Positions 36,390 to 49,365 of a DNA stretch of 64,000 nt are shown here, one piece after another. Each line of letters starts with the position of its first letter. Positions within the stretch are counted from its first letter, which is position 1. A program made the position numbers and the translations under genes. The notes below the pieces were generated by a model. That model was not told where the DNA came from. It made no database searches and saw nothing but the letters and a program-made list of their open reading frames with translations. This DNA is from Chiloscyllium plagiosum (taxonomy: Eukaryota): NCBI RefSeq assembly GCF_004010195.1, contig NC_057720.1, forward strand, positions 7,429,117 to 7,493,116. Direction: 5' to 3'.

Positions 36390-37745
36390 CACAGTACTGT
36401 GAGGATAAAAGATAAGGATGGCTGGATTCAGGAACCTCAGACGATGAGAGATGTTGTAAGTTTAGTTAAAAAGAAAAAGGAAGCATATCTAAGATGTAAG
36501 AACAGAAATCAATTAATGTCCTTGAAGATTAGAAAGGAAGCACCGTGGGCGGCACGGTGGCACAGTGGTTAGCACTGCTGCCTCACAGCACCAGAGACCC
36601 GGGTTCAATTCCCGCCTCAGGCGACTGACTGTGTGGAGTTTGCACGTTCTCCCCGTGTCTGCGTGGATTTCCTCCGGGTGCTCCGGTTTCCTCCCACAGT
36701 CCAAAGATGTGCAGGTTAGGTGAATTGGCTATGCTAAATTGCCCCTAGTGTTAGGTTAGGGGTATGGGTGGGTGGTGGTTTGGTGTGGACTTGTTGGGCC
36801 GAAGGGCCTGTTTCCACACTGTAATGCAATCTAGAAATTATGAGGGTTAGAAGGGGCATGAAATGTCCTGACAACTCGGATTAAGAAGAATCCAAAGGCA
36901 TTTTAGAAGCAAGAGGGTCGCGAGGGAAAGGGTAGATCCGCTCAAGGACAAAGGAGGGAATTTATATGCGGAGTCAGAGAAAGTGGGTGAAGTCTTTGAT
37001 GAATACTCCTCATCGATATTCAACAAGGAGAAGAATGTGGGTGACGGTAAGATTAGGGAAGGGTATGCTGATATTCTGGGGCATGTCTATATTAGCAGTT
37101 GGCTGTCTTGAAAAACATTAAAGTAGGAAGGTCCCCAGGGGCTGAAAGGATCTAACTCAGCATACTGAGGGGGCAAGGGAAAAGATTGCTGTACAAACAT
37201 AATGTAGGTCACATTTGGAATACTGAGTGCAGTTCTGGATGCCACACTTTAGGAAGGATGCAGAAGCTTTGGAGAGGGAGCAAAAGAGGCTTACCAGGAT
37301 GTTGCCTGGATTGGAGTGTGTTAGCTACAAGGAGAAATTGGACAAACTTGGATTCTTTTTGCGAGAGTGTTGAAGGCTGAGGAGCGATCAGACAGAAGTA
37401 AATTAAATAATGAGGGGCATGAATAGGACGGGTAGTCAGAGTCTTTGTCCCAGGGCGAAAATGTCAAATACTAAGGGGAATAGTTTTAAGGTGAGTGGGG
37501 GAAGTTTTGCAAATGTTTTTACATGGAGGGCATTAGGTGCCTTGAACGTGCCGCTGAGGAAATTGGTGGAAGCAAAGACTAAAGCAATGTTTAGGAGGTA
37601 TTTAGACAGACACTCGAACAGGCAGGGATTGGAGGGATACACACCACGTGCAGGCAGATGGGACTGGTTTAGAACAGCATCATTTTCGGCACAGACTTGG
37701 TGGACCGATGGGCCAGTTCCTGTTCTGTACCGTTCTATGTTCTAT
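36390..37745 (+). mobile_element. CR1 LINE ORF2 fragments (internally deleted) with nested HE1 SINE
   Basis: RIKDKDGWIQEP...LVKKKKEAY; aagaatccaaaggcattt; 3' part RGMNRTGSQSLCPRAKMSNTKGNSFKV...; tail (ttctatg)n. Confidence 0.82.
36547..36833 (+). mobile_element. HE1-type V-SINE (young)
   Basis: gggcggcacggtggcacagtggttagcactgctgcctcacagcaccagagacccgggttcaattcccgcc...gggccgaagggcctgtttccacactgtaa. Confidence 0.93.
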
Positions 37746-37799
37746 GTTTTATGTTTAAGCTGGGTGGAACAAAGCCAAACGTTAAAAAAAAAGCGAAAA

Positions 37800-38003
37800 T
37801 AAAAACCAAGAAAGCTGCGGGATCTGTAAATCAGGAACAAAGTCGGAAGTTGCGGGAAAAGCTCAACAGGTCTGGCAGCATCTGTGGAGAGAAATCACAT
37901 GATAATGTTTCGGGTCGGGTGACCTTTCCTCAGAACTGGGTTAACTCTGATTTCTCTCCACAGATGCTGCTGAGATTTTCCATCAATTTCTGCTTTTTTT
38001 TGT
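37800..38003. mobile_element. Penelope-like inverted short element, family C, with degenerate minus-strand hammerhead at 37902-37936
   Basis: Minus GUU-CUGAGGA-A-AGGUC(ACCC)GACCC-GAAA-CAUU; inverted arm gttaactctgatttctctccacagatgctgc. Confidence 0.78.
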
Positions 38004-39837
38004 TCCCAAAGTAAGCAACTGCCCATGAACCTAAATATCGCGCCCGCCCCTCCCCACGCCCCGCCCTTTCAGAACTCCCCGCACTCATCATTGCACACAC
38101 AGCCTTGCAGTTCCCCATCAAGGCAGCGAGAAATCCAGGGCCCCTCCTCAGCAGTGATTTCTCACCCTCCCCCATCTGTGCAAACCAATGCTCAAATCTC
38201 TGACCATGCGGTCTTTGCTCTATTTAATGTTACAGGGTATCCAGCAGCCCCTGAAGAGAAAACGTTTCACTTGCATTTAGTTAGTGAGCCCAAATTAGAT
38301 AGCATACAGGCTTTTTAGCTCTGTTATTCAAGTGCATTTCCTTAACAGCATTGCTCACTCGCCTGGCATTAATATAAATGGAATCAAACTGCAGGGTAGT
38401 TCTGGCATCCGACTGGCCTGTTGCAAGTGATCAGGATAAAAATGTGGTTCTTCCAGTTTACAACAACACAGCTCATGCCTGATTATAGGCCTCGCTTCTG
38501 TTTAGTTGAGCCATTATGTCAAAGGCCTTGAAATTACACAGTGGGATAACAGACCGTCAATATGTGATGTGTTTGCGTGACATTTTTCCCTGCTATTTTA
38601 CTGAAGGTGTTAACCTGCCTAAAACACAAGGATTATTGCCTCGTTGAAAATAGGACAGCGAGGAGTGTCAGGTGGACATATGAGGATTCTGGTCCCCTGC
38701 TAGAGAGAGTGAGATGCTGCATAAGATGATAAGCCATGGGAGCTGCAACAGACCACTCAGCCATTCTGATTTCCCACTTTTCTCTCTTTATCCCATAACC
38801 CTTGACACTGTCACTGGTTGAAAAACTGTCTCTCTCTCAGCCTTGACTCTGCTTAACGATCCAGCTTCCACAGCCCTCCCCAGTAATGACGTCTACAGAT
38901 TCACTTCCCTCTGAAAGAAATTCAGGAACAGAGGGAGGCCATTCCTACCCCAGGCCTGTTCTGTTCTTTGTGCAGATCATGACCTTCGTTCACACACTTC
39001 CTTTTGCTCTCTCACAAACCAAAACCGAGAACAGCAAAAAGATTATGAATCTTACATTCGACTCTTTAAAAGAAAAGAGGACAAAATGTGCGAGAGTTGA
39101 GAGCAAATTGGGGACTTGGTGTGCAGGTTTTAGATAACATCATGGGACTATGACAAAATAAAATATTTGTTCAAAAAGGATAGTTGATGCTTTCTACACA
39201 ACTGATATCAAATTATCTTTGGTTCTAAATTTCTGGCAAGGGAGACTCTCAAAATTAGTTTGTTTGTGTGAGAATTATCTCTCCTTCTTCCAAACTCCAA
39301 CAGATACAGAGTCAATCTGTGCAAGCTTTCCTCATAGTTTAACCTCTTCATCCCAGAAATTAGCTCAGTGAACAGTAAGCAGTACTGTGGTCTCACTGAT
39401 GTTAACTTTCAGTGCAGGTTTCACTCAACAGCGAGCATGTGCCTTCTCCTCTCTAGAAGTCTGCTGAGGTATCACTGCACCTTCGCCCAAAAGGAGCTAT
39501 TCTCCAGGTGAATGTTGACAGTGCGCTCCATAATCAAGGTTTGTCCCCTGTTAGGCATCTCCACACTTGCGTGCTGCACAGTCACTGGCCAATGGGGCGA
39601 GGGGGGGGGGGGGAGAAGGTGAAGCAATTTCCTTGCCCAGCTCCCCTCACCCTGCGATGGGCCATCGGGGTACACGCTGATGAGTCAGAGGCTTGCACTT
39701 AACTTAGCGCCTTCCAAGAACAAACAGCACTTAGTGTCTATACCCCAAGTCAAGGCCAGAGCAGGGCATAAATGCAACTGCACTGTATCAAGAAAACAAA
39801 AATAATGAAAGGAATGACTACAAAACTTCAAGCATTT

Positions 39838-40361
39838 TAGCAGGACTTATACACTTAATGGTAAGGTCCTAGGGCGTGTTGCTGAACAAAGAGACCTTGG
39901 AGTGCAGGTTCATAGCTCCTTGAAAGTGGAGTCGCAGGTAGATAGGATAGTGAAGAAGGCATTTGGTATGCTTTCCTTTATTGGTCAGAATATTGAGTAC
40001 AGGAGTTGGGAGGTCATGTTGCGGCTGTACAGGACATTGGTTAGGCCACTGTTGGAATATTGCGCAGAACTAGAGGGCATAGGTTTAGGGTGAGAGAGGA
40101 AAGATATAAAAGGGACCTAAGGGGCAACCTTTTCACACAGAGAGTGGTACGTGTATGGAATGGGCTACCAGAGGAAGTGGTTGGAGGCTGGTACAAATGC
40201 AATATTTAAGAGGCATTTGGATCGATATATGAATAGGAAGGGTTTGGAGGGATATGGGCCGGGTGCTGGCAGGTGGGACTAGATTGGGTTGGGATATCTG
40301 GTCGCCATGGACAGGTTGGACCGAAAGGTCTGTTTCCATGCTGTACATCTCTATGACTCTA
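39838..40361 (+). mobile_element. Young CR1 LINE 3' fragment with an internal deletion at ~40066
   Basis: RDLGVQVHSSLKVESQVDRIVKKAFGMLSFIGQNIEYRSWEVMLRLYRTLVRPLLEYCA joined directly to the later ORF2 segment aactagagggcatagg...; tail ctctatgactct. Confidence 0.92.
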
Positions 40362-40672
40362 TCCCTTGGCCACTGAGCCAGAACATGAGTCACTGGTGGG
40401 CCTCTCAAGAGTTCACAAGATTTCACTTTCACTTCCAGTTTCTTGTAAGGTGCTGTGCGCCGCAGTCAAAGTATCCAATATCTGGTGGATTACCCATTCC
40501 TTAATATCTGAGCGCCTGACTCAGGGGGATAAATAGTCCAATAAATGTGGACAGCACAATCTCACACTCATAAATCCATCCCAAGCTTCTCTTAATCATA
40601 TTTGTTTTTGATGGATAACTCCAGTCTATGTTTGGTCTCTTGAACTGTCATAAACACTACTTGGCAAAAACA

Positions 40673-40710
40673 ATATATATATATATATATATATACACAC
40701 TATATATATA
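40673..40710. repeat. (TA)n microsatellite
   Basis: Visible dinucleotide run. Confidence 0.95.
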
Positions 40711-42317
40711 AAAACTGACCTGCAAAAGACCGCAGAATGCAAGCCGGTGCGAGGCGAGACCGATAGCCATCTGCACACTTAGCTCATCATTTTCAAGAAA
40801 GCAGTGTGCACGTCGCCGAAACTGACCTATTTAGAACACATTACTGTCCCTACCAATACCTCCCCACTTCCTCACAGTCTTCACTCACTTCCTGGAGAGG
40901 ATTTTCAATGGATCTATAAACATTTTAAAATTAAAGTGACAGCAACATGACAAGTGCAGCTCTCTTATGAGAACCATTTGCCTGTTCACAACACTGAATC
41001 ATCTCACAGATGGGAGCAAAGGGAGGGATTAAAAGCCAGCATTTGAACAAAAATAGGAAGGAAAATGAAGGGAGGATGGAGTGGACCAAAAAAACAAAGT
41101 CTCATAGAGACAGGGAAGGCTTAATTTTGCAAAACGTATGTTATTTGGTTGAAATAGTACAAAAACAGGGATTGAGAGAATGAATGCAAAGGGCAGGATT
41201 AATGTTGTTTGTTGATGCTGGTTATTCACAGCGTATCCCCCTCAAATGAACTCAATGTTGAAGTAGGTTGACGGGCAAATTCTGATCTGGCGGACAACTG
41301 CACGCCACCAGTAAGATCAAACGTGGGCTGTATCACCCAGGAATTGCTGTCGGATTGGTGGGGGTCATGGGGGGAATGGGACAGAGAGTTCAGCTCAATG
41401 GAGCTGAAGTTCTGACTGAAACATCTCCCACTTAAACCAATGCGTAATGCTGAAAAGGAGCAAACTGATGGAGTCCGTGCCCCCACGTCTTTCTGAGAAT
41501 TCCATGGATAAAGCGGTCCGATTCCTACTTTCAGAGGATCATACAATGCAGAAAGGTCCTTCACCCCCATGCATCTGTATTGACACAAGAGAAACACCTG
41601 GTTTTCAACCTAATCCCAGTTGCCAGGACTTGGCCAGGAGGCTTGAATGTTATGACGTGACAAATGCTCATCTCCATATTTTTTTTTAAAAGACTTGAGG
41701 CAATTCATCTCTATCACCTTGCAGGCAGCGTACTCCAGACTGTCACTACCCTCTGGGTAAAAAGGTTTTACCTCACATCGTTGCCATCCCCCTCCTGCCA
41801 AGCCTCCTAACCCTCACCTCAAGCCTGTGTCCTCTTGTGACTGACCAAATCTTCCCTGCTACAACAACACGGAGTTTACTTGATGTTAACCCTGTGCTTT
41901 CTTTCTCTGTGGGTTCTCAAGAATTCTAGTATCTGACCCCTCGGTGTGCCTCCATAATTGCAGTCCTTGAATAAGATTCGCATGAAGATAAGGCAATGAA
42001 AAAATGTGGAGACCAATGAATGAAATCTCCTTTTCTTTCTCCCGAGGTGAAGAATCCAAATAAAGCTGGAGACGTCAGGTATTATGTCCACCTCCCAAAT
42101 CTTGAGGAAGGACCAACCAAATTCTGAATAAGAGGAGTAACAAAAGAAAATGCAGGTTCCAGTGAAATGCACTGGAGTCGCGAATGCACGAAAGACAGAC
42201 CAACTCCTCCCCAACCCAGCCAATTGTCTCACACTATCCTTTCTGCCCTCTTATCCTAACCCACCTCATTCTCCCCAGTGCCCTGGGCTCCCAGATCCTC
42301 TCAGACAATATTGGATT

Positions 42318-42530
42318 TTGGAGTCGAAGAGTGTGGTGCTGGGAAAGCACAGCCGGTCAGGCAGCACCCGAAGAGCAGCACAGTCGACGTTTTGAGCATA
42401 AGCTCTTCATCAGGAATGAGGGGGTGGCCCAAGGGGGCTGAGAGATAAATGGGAAGGCTGGGGGCGAAGGTAGCCAGGAATGTGATCGATAGATGAAAGT
42501 AGGGGTGTCAGTGGAAATGTACTGGTTGGA
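42318..42530 (-). mobile_element. Penelope-like element 3' end, family A, hammerhead with G12>A change at 42384-42417
   Basis: Minus AUUC-CUGAUGA-A-GAGC(UUAU)GCUC-AAAA-CGUC^GA; upstream pyrimidine-rich UTR resembles the spacer at 27005-27121. Confidence 0.8.
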
Positions 42531-42559
42531 ACAGCAGGAGAGGCAGTAACAATGACTTA

Positions 42560-43043
42560 AGAGTCATAGAGATGGTACTGCACAGAAACAGACCCTTCGG
42601 TCCAACTCGTCCATGTTAACCAGATATCCTAACCTAATCTAATCCTATTTACCAGTATTTGGCCCATATCCCTCTAAATATTTCCTGTTCATATCCATCC
42701 AGATGCCTTTTAAATGTTGTAATTGTATCAGCCACTTCCTCTGGCAGCTCATTCCATATATGTACCACCCTCTGCATGAAAAAGTTGTTCCTTAGGTCCC
42801 TTTTAAATTTTTCCCCTCTCACCCTCAACCTATGCCCTCTAGTTCTGGACTCCCCCACCCCAGGGAAAAGACCTTGATTATTGACCTAATTCATGAACTT
42901 CATGAATTTATAAAACTCTATAAGGTCACCCTTCAGCCTCTAATGCTCCAGGGAAAACAGCCCCAGACTATTCAGCTTGTCCCTATAGCTCAAACCCTCC
43001 AGCCCTAGCAACATCCTTGTAAATCTTTTCTGAACCCTTTCAA
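42560..43043 (-). mobile_element. CR1 LINE 3' fragment
   Basis: Minus ORF GESRTRGHRLRVRGEKFKRDLRNNFFMQRVVHIWNELPEEV. Confidence 0.9.
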
Positions 43044-44085
43044 AAAGAACATTTTAATACAAAACAGAAGAAAATGCTGGAAAAAAATCTGCAGCATCTG
43101 CAGAGAGAAAGAACAGAATCAATGTGTAAAGTATAACTGCTCTGAAGTAGGGTTACTGCCTTCAAAATATTAATGCTATTTTTTCTCTCTCCAGATGTTG
43201 CCAGACCTGCCAGGTTTCTTCAGCAATTCCTGATTTTGTTCCAGATTTCCAGCAACTCTTTATTTTTATTTTAGTAAGTTTCAATAAGAGAGATTGTGGT
43301 CTCCAAACTGCCAGTGAGCATAGCTGTTCCAGAAAATAAGATCGCTTGGGCAGTGCGAGTTGAAGATGATGTGGGATGTGTAGCGAATTTCATCAAGGCA
43401 TTCTGGACAAAAGATATCACTCTTGCATGCAGAAAGGAGAGGTTGTGCACCTTCCGAAACAACACCCCCTCCCCTTCCCACTGTCAGGGGCTGAACAATA
43501 ACTTTACAAAAGGAGAAAAGAACAGTCTGTTTCACGCAATCTTCTCTTTGATGCAGCCAGTGTCAGCATCGAGAGGCTCCTGATGTCAATCTGGTTAAGA
43601 TGCCAAGTGAACCTCTCCCCTTTCCAGTGCCCCACAGATTAATGCTGGGGTCAAACTAAGGCACTCTGCTGCTCCAACATTTTTATTCTTTTGACTGTCT
43701 ATCACTTCTCATCTTTTTGAGAGTGGGAGATACGGTTTACGGCCGGTTATAGACAATTTAGTCTCTGAGACTGGTTGTCATTCAGAGAATTGGGACTGTG
43801 ATCACACAAACCCATGGCATTTAGAAGCTTTGTAGCTGGTGGATGGGCTGGCCCCACTCCCCTGCATCGTCCCTTCAATTCTTGCCCCAACTGGGGGCAC
43901 CGCTGTGGTAGCGAGAAAGCAGCAATGCTCACGCATCCAAGACCACTGCCCTCCCCCCCGATCCTTCTCTCCCAGCGCTTCATTCTGTTTTAAAGGAATT
44001 TGTTCCCTTGTGTTTTTTCCAAATGGCAACTTCCGACAGTGGGTTTCACTCCATCACGGGGAGGTCATCTAGAATGGAAACTTAC

Positions 44086-44319
44086 TTGGTTTTGAGAAGG
44101 GGATTCAATGTCTCCAAGAGGAGCTGACCGAACTCCTGGGCTGAAATACAGCCGAGTGAGCGTCGCAACAAACGTTTTGATCCACCCGGAAAAGATTTCG
44201 CTCACTGACCTGTTAATAAGCCCAAGGTGAAGAGACGCCTCCCTTAAAATGGCGGACAGAGGGTTTCGGCACAAGTGTCTTACGTGAGTTCCGTAGACGT
44301 CTACTGCACAGAAACGCAT
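44086..44319 (-). other. Candidate minus-strand exon (either a 78-codon ATG-initiated first exon or a 55-nt internal exon 44086-44140)
   Basis: Strong donor CAA|GTAAGT at 44086/44085; acceptor-like tgtatttcag| at 44141; open frame from ATG 44319; locally CpG-rich and non-repetitive; product not recognised. Confidence 0.4.
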
Positions 44320-45057
44320 CCGTGCTGCTCAACTGATCTGTGCTGGGTATGAACACTCCTCACAACCTTGCTGCTACCTTAGTTGATCCAACTCTCTTTC
44401 TATTCCCTTCTCCCTCACGTGTTTATTTACAATCCCCTGCAAGGGAGCTATATTATCCATCTCAAATGCTTGGGCTTAAGGAGTAACACACTCCCAAGAC
44501 AAGTTGAAGTTGCCTTTCCCGAATTCCTAATTAGATTTATTAACGGCAACCTCAGTCCCCATTCTTGCTCATTGTCTGTGCGGAATCACCTTCCCTACTC
44601 CTTACCTATCAAACCCCTTCACCATTTTAAGGACCCCTTTTTGGCATTACCGATATCACATCACTCAATTTCCGCCCCCTTCAGTCTTTGTAAATCCCAT
44701 CTCTGTCAACCCACAGATAAACATAATCCTAGGATCTGCGCCATTAACTGAGAGAGGGAGCCAAGTCATCACACAGGGATTTAACTGCAGTTCAGCAGGA
44801 CCCCTCACTTTCTGAAAAACCAGCAACCACAAAAACACAAAGTGATTTAATGATCACAATCCAAGATAGACCACAAGATGCCACTGTTTACTGTTCAATG
44901 TAGGAACAAGTTTTTAAGGGTGAGATAAAGTGACATGGAGCAGGACAACTACCCCAAGTTAAAATACCTTCAGCACACTGTCAATGATACAGAGACAGGG
45001 CAATCACATTGTGCAGTATTCAATAGCTGAAGTTAATATACACAGTACAAAAACAGG

Positions 45058-45125
45058 CATACACATACACAGCACACAGACACACACAAACACAGACAAG
45101 ACACACTCACACACACACACACACT
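45058..45125. repeat. (CA)n microsatellite, degenerate
   Basis: Visible dinucleotide run. Confidence 0.9.
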
Positions 45126-45674
45126 TGTACATGCACACAGTTTCCCTGCCTAGTTTCAACCACTGACCAGCTCACTTTAAATGGGTCAATGCCTTCATTA
45201 AAAGCAGGGCAATGTAATATGAACCAGATAACACATCCATTACTGACATGGCCTGGCTAGGATTCTTCTCAACTTTGAGCTGAATTCAAAGGATCCTGCT
45301 TTACAGACCCCATGAATCGAGTGTGCCGGGAGCAAAGGCAGATTCATTTGACATTTTGCGCACTGTCTTAAAGGCAGAGTTCAGGTTCGACTGTAACCTT
45401 TTCAGAGCTCAGGTTCCAACCAGGCTGGGCCCTCAAGGTTGTTCTGAACTTGCTCGAAAGAAACTGAGCTTGTGTCTTGCTACTTTGGAGCTGCCCAGGA
45501 GGCGAGACAGATGGGACTTTGATGAGCCCTTTTAACCACAGACAGATCTGTTGTTAGGTGCCTCCCAGTGGCCTTATGTTTTATTGGAGACACTTGTGCA
45601 AGGATAGGACAGCAACAGTCTAGAGGTCTCGGAGTTCTATTGGAGCAATACTGGGGTAACCCCAACCAAAAACA

Positions 45675-46144
45675 AAAGAACAATACAGGAACAGGCCCTA
45701 CGGCACTCCAAGTCTGCGTTGCCACATTTTCCCCTTCCATACCAAGACTGTCTTTTCTTACAGGATCTGTATCCCTCTATTCCCTTCCGATTCATGTATC
45801 CGTCCAATTGCTTCTTGAATGCTGCTATTGTGTCTGCTTCCAACACCTCTACTGACAGCGCATTCCAGGCACTTATCGCCCTTTGTGCGAAAAACTTATC
45901 TCGCTCATCTCCCCCACCTCCCCCCCTACACCTTGGACCTGGGTCCCCTAGTAATTGACCCCTCCACCCTCGGAAAAAGCCTCATACTTCCCACTCTATC
46001 CATGCCAATCATGACCTTATAAACTTCTATCAGGTCGCCCCTCAACCTCCTGCGTTTCAGTGAAAGCAAACCCATTCTATCCAACCTTTCTTCACAGTTA
46101 AAATCCCCCCATACCAGGCAACACCCTGGCGAACCTTGTCTGTA
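45675..46144 (-). mobile_element. CR1 LINE 3' fragment
   Basis: Minus ORF EERLDRMGLLSLKRRRLRGDLIEVYKVMIGMDRV..LFPRVEGSITRG. Confidence 0.88.
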
Positions 46145-47244
46145 CAAAAACCAAATGGGTTGAGGGTAACTACACTTAACTACAAATAAAGGGCCGGATC
46201 CCTTGATGTGGATTTTAATGATGATGCAATTATTGCCAGAAAAGACTCAAGAAAAGCAACTGCCAAGACCAACTAGGGCTTGTTTTGTTCAGGACAAGTT
46301 CTGTTGTCAAATAGTGATTAATGCTACAGCTGGGTAGAGACAGACACTCCATCCGGGCTCAAGCAGAAATAAAACTCACCCCCAGGACCACAGCTTGATT
46401 TAAACATCTCCATTCAGAGTGACATTTGTCCTCTTCTCTCCTGCTGCCTCCCCTGAACATTCCTTCAAATTGACTTGGTGACCCAGGCTAGCTCTGCTGC
46501 TTCTCATTTGTCATTCTGTGATCCTGTTGCCTGAGCTGCCTGCACTGACTGAACAGAGCGATTCATCCACAGCAAAACCCAGCACCGATACCAGACACAC
46601 AGACACCGTGGGCTCACATACTGAAACCAGGCAGGCACACACATGCCACACAGTCCCATGTGGCCACCATTTCAGGACAACTCAATTGTTTCGGCACATG
46701 CCTTTACTTTACCCCCAGAACTAGTCCTCACTGGTGAAAATGAATACCTGCTAGACTAACATGGGAACATACCGTGTCCCAAGGTGTCACGGAGATTGTT
46801 AAACATACCGTTCCACAGTTTTTAATTCTTTGCTTCAATCTGCAACTATAACCAAGGCTTCATCCTTTGCTATTCAGGTCAGGCGTGAAATCGATAACTG
46901 CACTGAGTCCTTTTCTCTTTCTCCCCACACAGTTTAAAGAAGACGCAGGGAATGAAGGTTTACTCCATCATATTCTCATTGTTTAGAATGTGGAAATTGC
47001 CAGTTGAGGCAAAAAAAAAAGGAGAGGGCATTTCGAGGGAAGCTGGAGAAACTTAAAACGAGAATGGAATATAATTTTATTCCTGAAGATAGACTGATGG
47101 CCTTCTGGCGAGATATGAAAGCTAGTGGGGACAAGACATAGGGTATAGACCAAGCAAATCAAAAGACTGGTTTCTAAACCATAGACTCGAATCATGACAT
47201 CAGCACTTTGAGCCCTTTACTGAAATTAATCTGATAGCCCAAAA

Positions 47245-47493
47245 TAGAGTCACAGAGTCATAGAGATGTACAGCAGGGAATCAGACCCTTCAGTCCAACT
47301 TGTCCATGCTGACTAGATATCCCAACCTAATCTAGTCTTATTTGCCAGCACTTGACCCATATTCCTCTAAACCCTTCCTATTCATATACCCATCCAAATG
47401 CCTTTTAAATGTTGCAATTGTACCAGCTTCCACCACTTCCTCTGGCAGCTCATTTCATACACACACCACCCTCTGCGTGAAAAAGGTGGCCCC
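47245..47493 (-). mobile_element. CR1 LINE 3' end
   Basis: agagtcatagagatgtacagca...cagaccctt...ccacttcctctggcagctcatt. Confidence 0.85.
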
Positions 47494-49055
47494 TTGAAAT
47501 CCTAAATTCAAGTATTAAACATAATCCAGTTTGCGTGTACTCAGTTTACAACCCTTACCTAACGACACTCACACATGCTGACTGAAATGTCCTGAAATAC
47601 TCGTGTCAAGCCCAAACCAATAACGTTTAATTTGCTCCCTTCCACAGACAGTGCATGATCAGCTGAATGCATCCAGCAATTATTTTATTCAACTTCACTT
47701 TCACAGTTTTTTGTCTGTTTTTAAAGGTATTTGAAATGTAATGCCCACTCTAAAATAAACACTTCCCCTCTTCACTCTCCTCAGATTCATTGATCGGAAC
47801 AAATGATTAGAAAAGTCGACTGGGGCACGCTATTGTCTGCACAAATATATTGCTGTATGTAACCCACATTTATAGCATACACAACCCCTCCTAAGACCCA
47901 CTCACAACTCAGTAAACTTCAACCACAGTTCTTGTCCTGATGTGCTGACAATGATGACTGTGTTACAGACACAGTGCTTCAGGGAGTACACATAAACTGA
48001 CCCAGGTGAAACCGCCAGCTAACATTTGCTGAAAACAACTGAATACATACAACTGATTGTTGCCCAACCCAGCTGACGTCCCGATTGGAGTCGGCATTGT
48101 AACTGCAGGGTGGCAAAGCCATTGTATTTCTTTAGTCACTCTCTCTCTCTCTCTCTCTCATTCTCAAATAGCCGAGGTGTTATTAGTAAGCAGCCTCATC
48201 CTTGTGAAGAAGAACCGCATACTTTGTAAATAACAAGTCTGTGCAGATAGACAGCTTGCAGATACATTGTGAAAGCTGGAAGAAATTGGGGTGTGGGGAA
48301 GGAGAATTGGAAATACATGTACACAGCAGCAATTTTGTTGTGTTGCAAGATCCTCCAAATCACGCAGTGAATTATTAACCATAATCTGCGATGCGTTGAG
48401 TTTTGAGCCATGATTGAAGATTATTATTTTCAAACAATACGCTACGGCAAGTAAATTATACGCTTTTTACAGGTTCTGCAGCAGGAGACCTCTAGGTGCC
48501 CACTACTTCATGCTCACAACCATCTGAGGGTTCGCTCCCTAGAATGATGCAAATAAACCGTAAAAAATCTAGACCGCATTTATCTGACAGCCCGCGTAAA
48601 ATTGCTGCACACTGATCAACAAACAGATGATGACTTCATTTCAGAATAGGAAAATGGTATAAAAATAAATGCAGAACTTGGGAGGGAGGAGGGGATATAA
48701 AACACAGTCAGTTCAAACATTGAATTTGCAACGCTAAAGTGACGGCAATATCGAAAGGAGATCATCCTCGCATTCCAATTGATTGCACTGCCTTCAGGAA
48801 ACCACTCTAAATTATTTAGTCTAAACTACTAAAATATAAAGCTTTGCAATCTGGATCCATGTTTTGAAGTCAAAAGGATTTGCCAAATTGTTCAGCTGCT
48901 AGTGGCTCATGTTTTTATAAAAGGAAGAAAAAATTCCTACCACTTTTAACTTTGTAGTCAAGATACTATTATCCGAACCATTGCCACTCTGTATTCCTCG
49001 ACAAAACTTCTACTTGGGAGCACATTGTCTCCAAATACCGTATCTCATCCCATAC

Positions 49056-49290
49056 CTCAGCAGCAAATGCTCCCCTCGTTGACTGATATTGTCTTCACAT
49101 TATTCCTCAGCTTCTCTCGCTCGCTCGCTCTCTTTCTCTCTCGCCCTCACACTCGTTTCCTTTGCTCTCTCTCAAAGGTGTTCACAATCTTCCCGTCGCT
49201 TGGTAGTGGCCAGTCTGCTTTGCTCGCGCCCCCTCCTTCCCCCCACCACTCCGCAACCAAAGCGGACGCGCCCCGTAACTGCTGAGCGGC
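49056..49290 (-). other. Candidate non-coding first exon of a minus-strand gene
   Basis: Donor GAG|GTATGG at 49056/49055; 5'UTR-like GAGAGCGAGCGAGCGAGAG tract; CpG-rich; lies directly downstream of CCAAT/CRE motifs. The upper (TSS) boundary is a guess. Confidence 0.55.
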
Positions 49291-49365
49291 CGCAGCCAGC
49301 ATCGGTTGGCTACTCCGCCATGGAATGCGTCACAGCTGAGCCCACTCTACCCAATTGGCGGCAGG
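49220..49365 (-). promoter_or_regulatory. Putative CpG-rich promoter
   Basis: Cluster of CpGs (gctcgcgccc, gcggacgcgccc, gagcggccgc), palindromic CCAATTGG at 49351-49358, CRE-like TGCGTCA at 49326-49332. Confidence 0.55.

Noticed and set aside
41226..42232. Minus-strand 123-aa and 118-aa ORFs, one ending near aa|gtaaac
   Set aside because: No recognisable homology, weak donor, composition like non-coding DNA.
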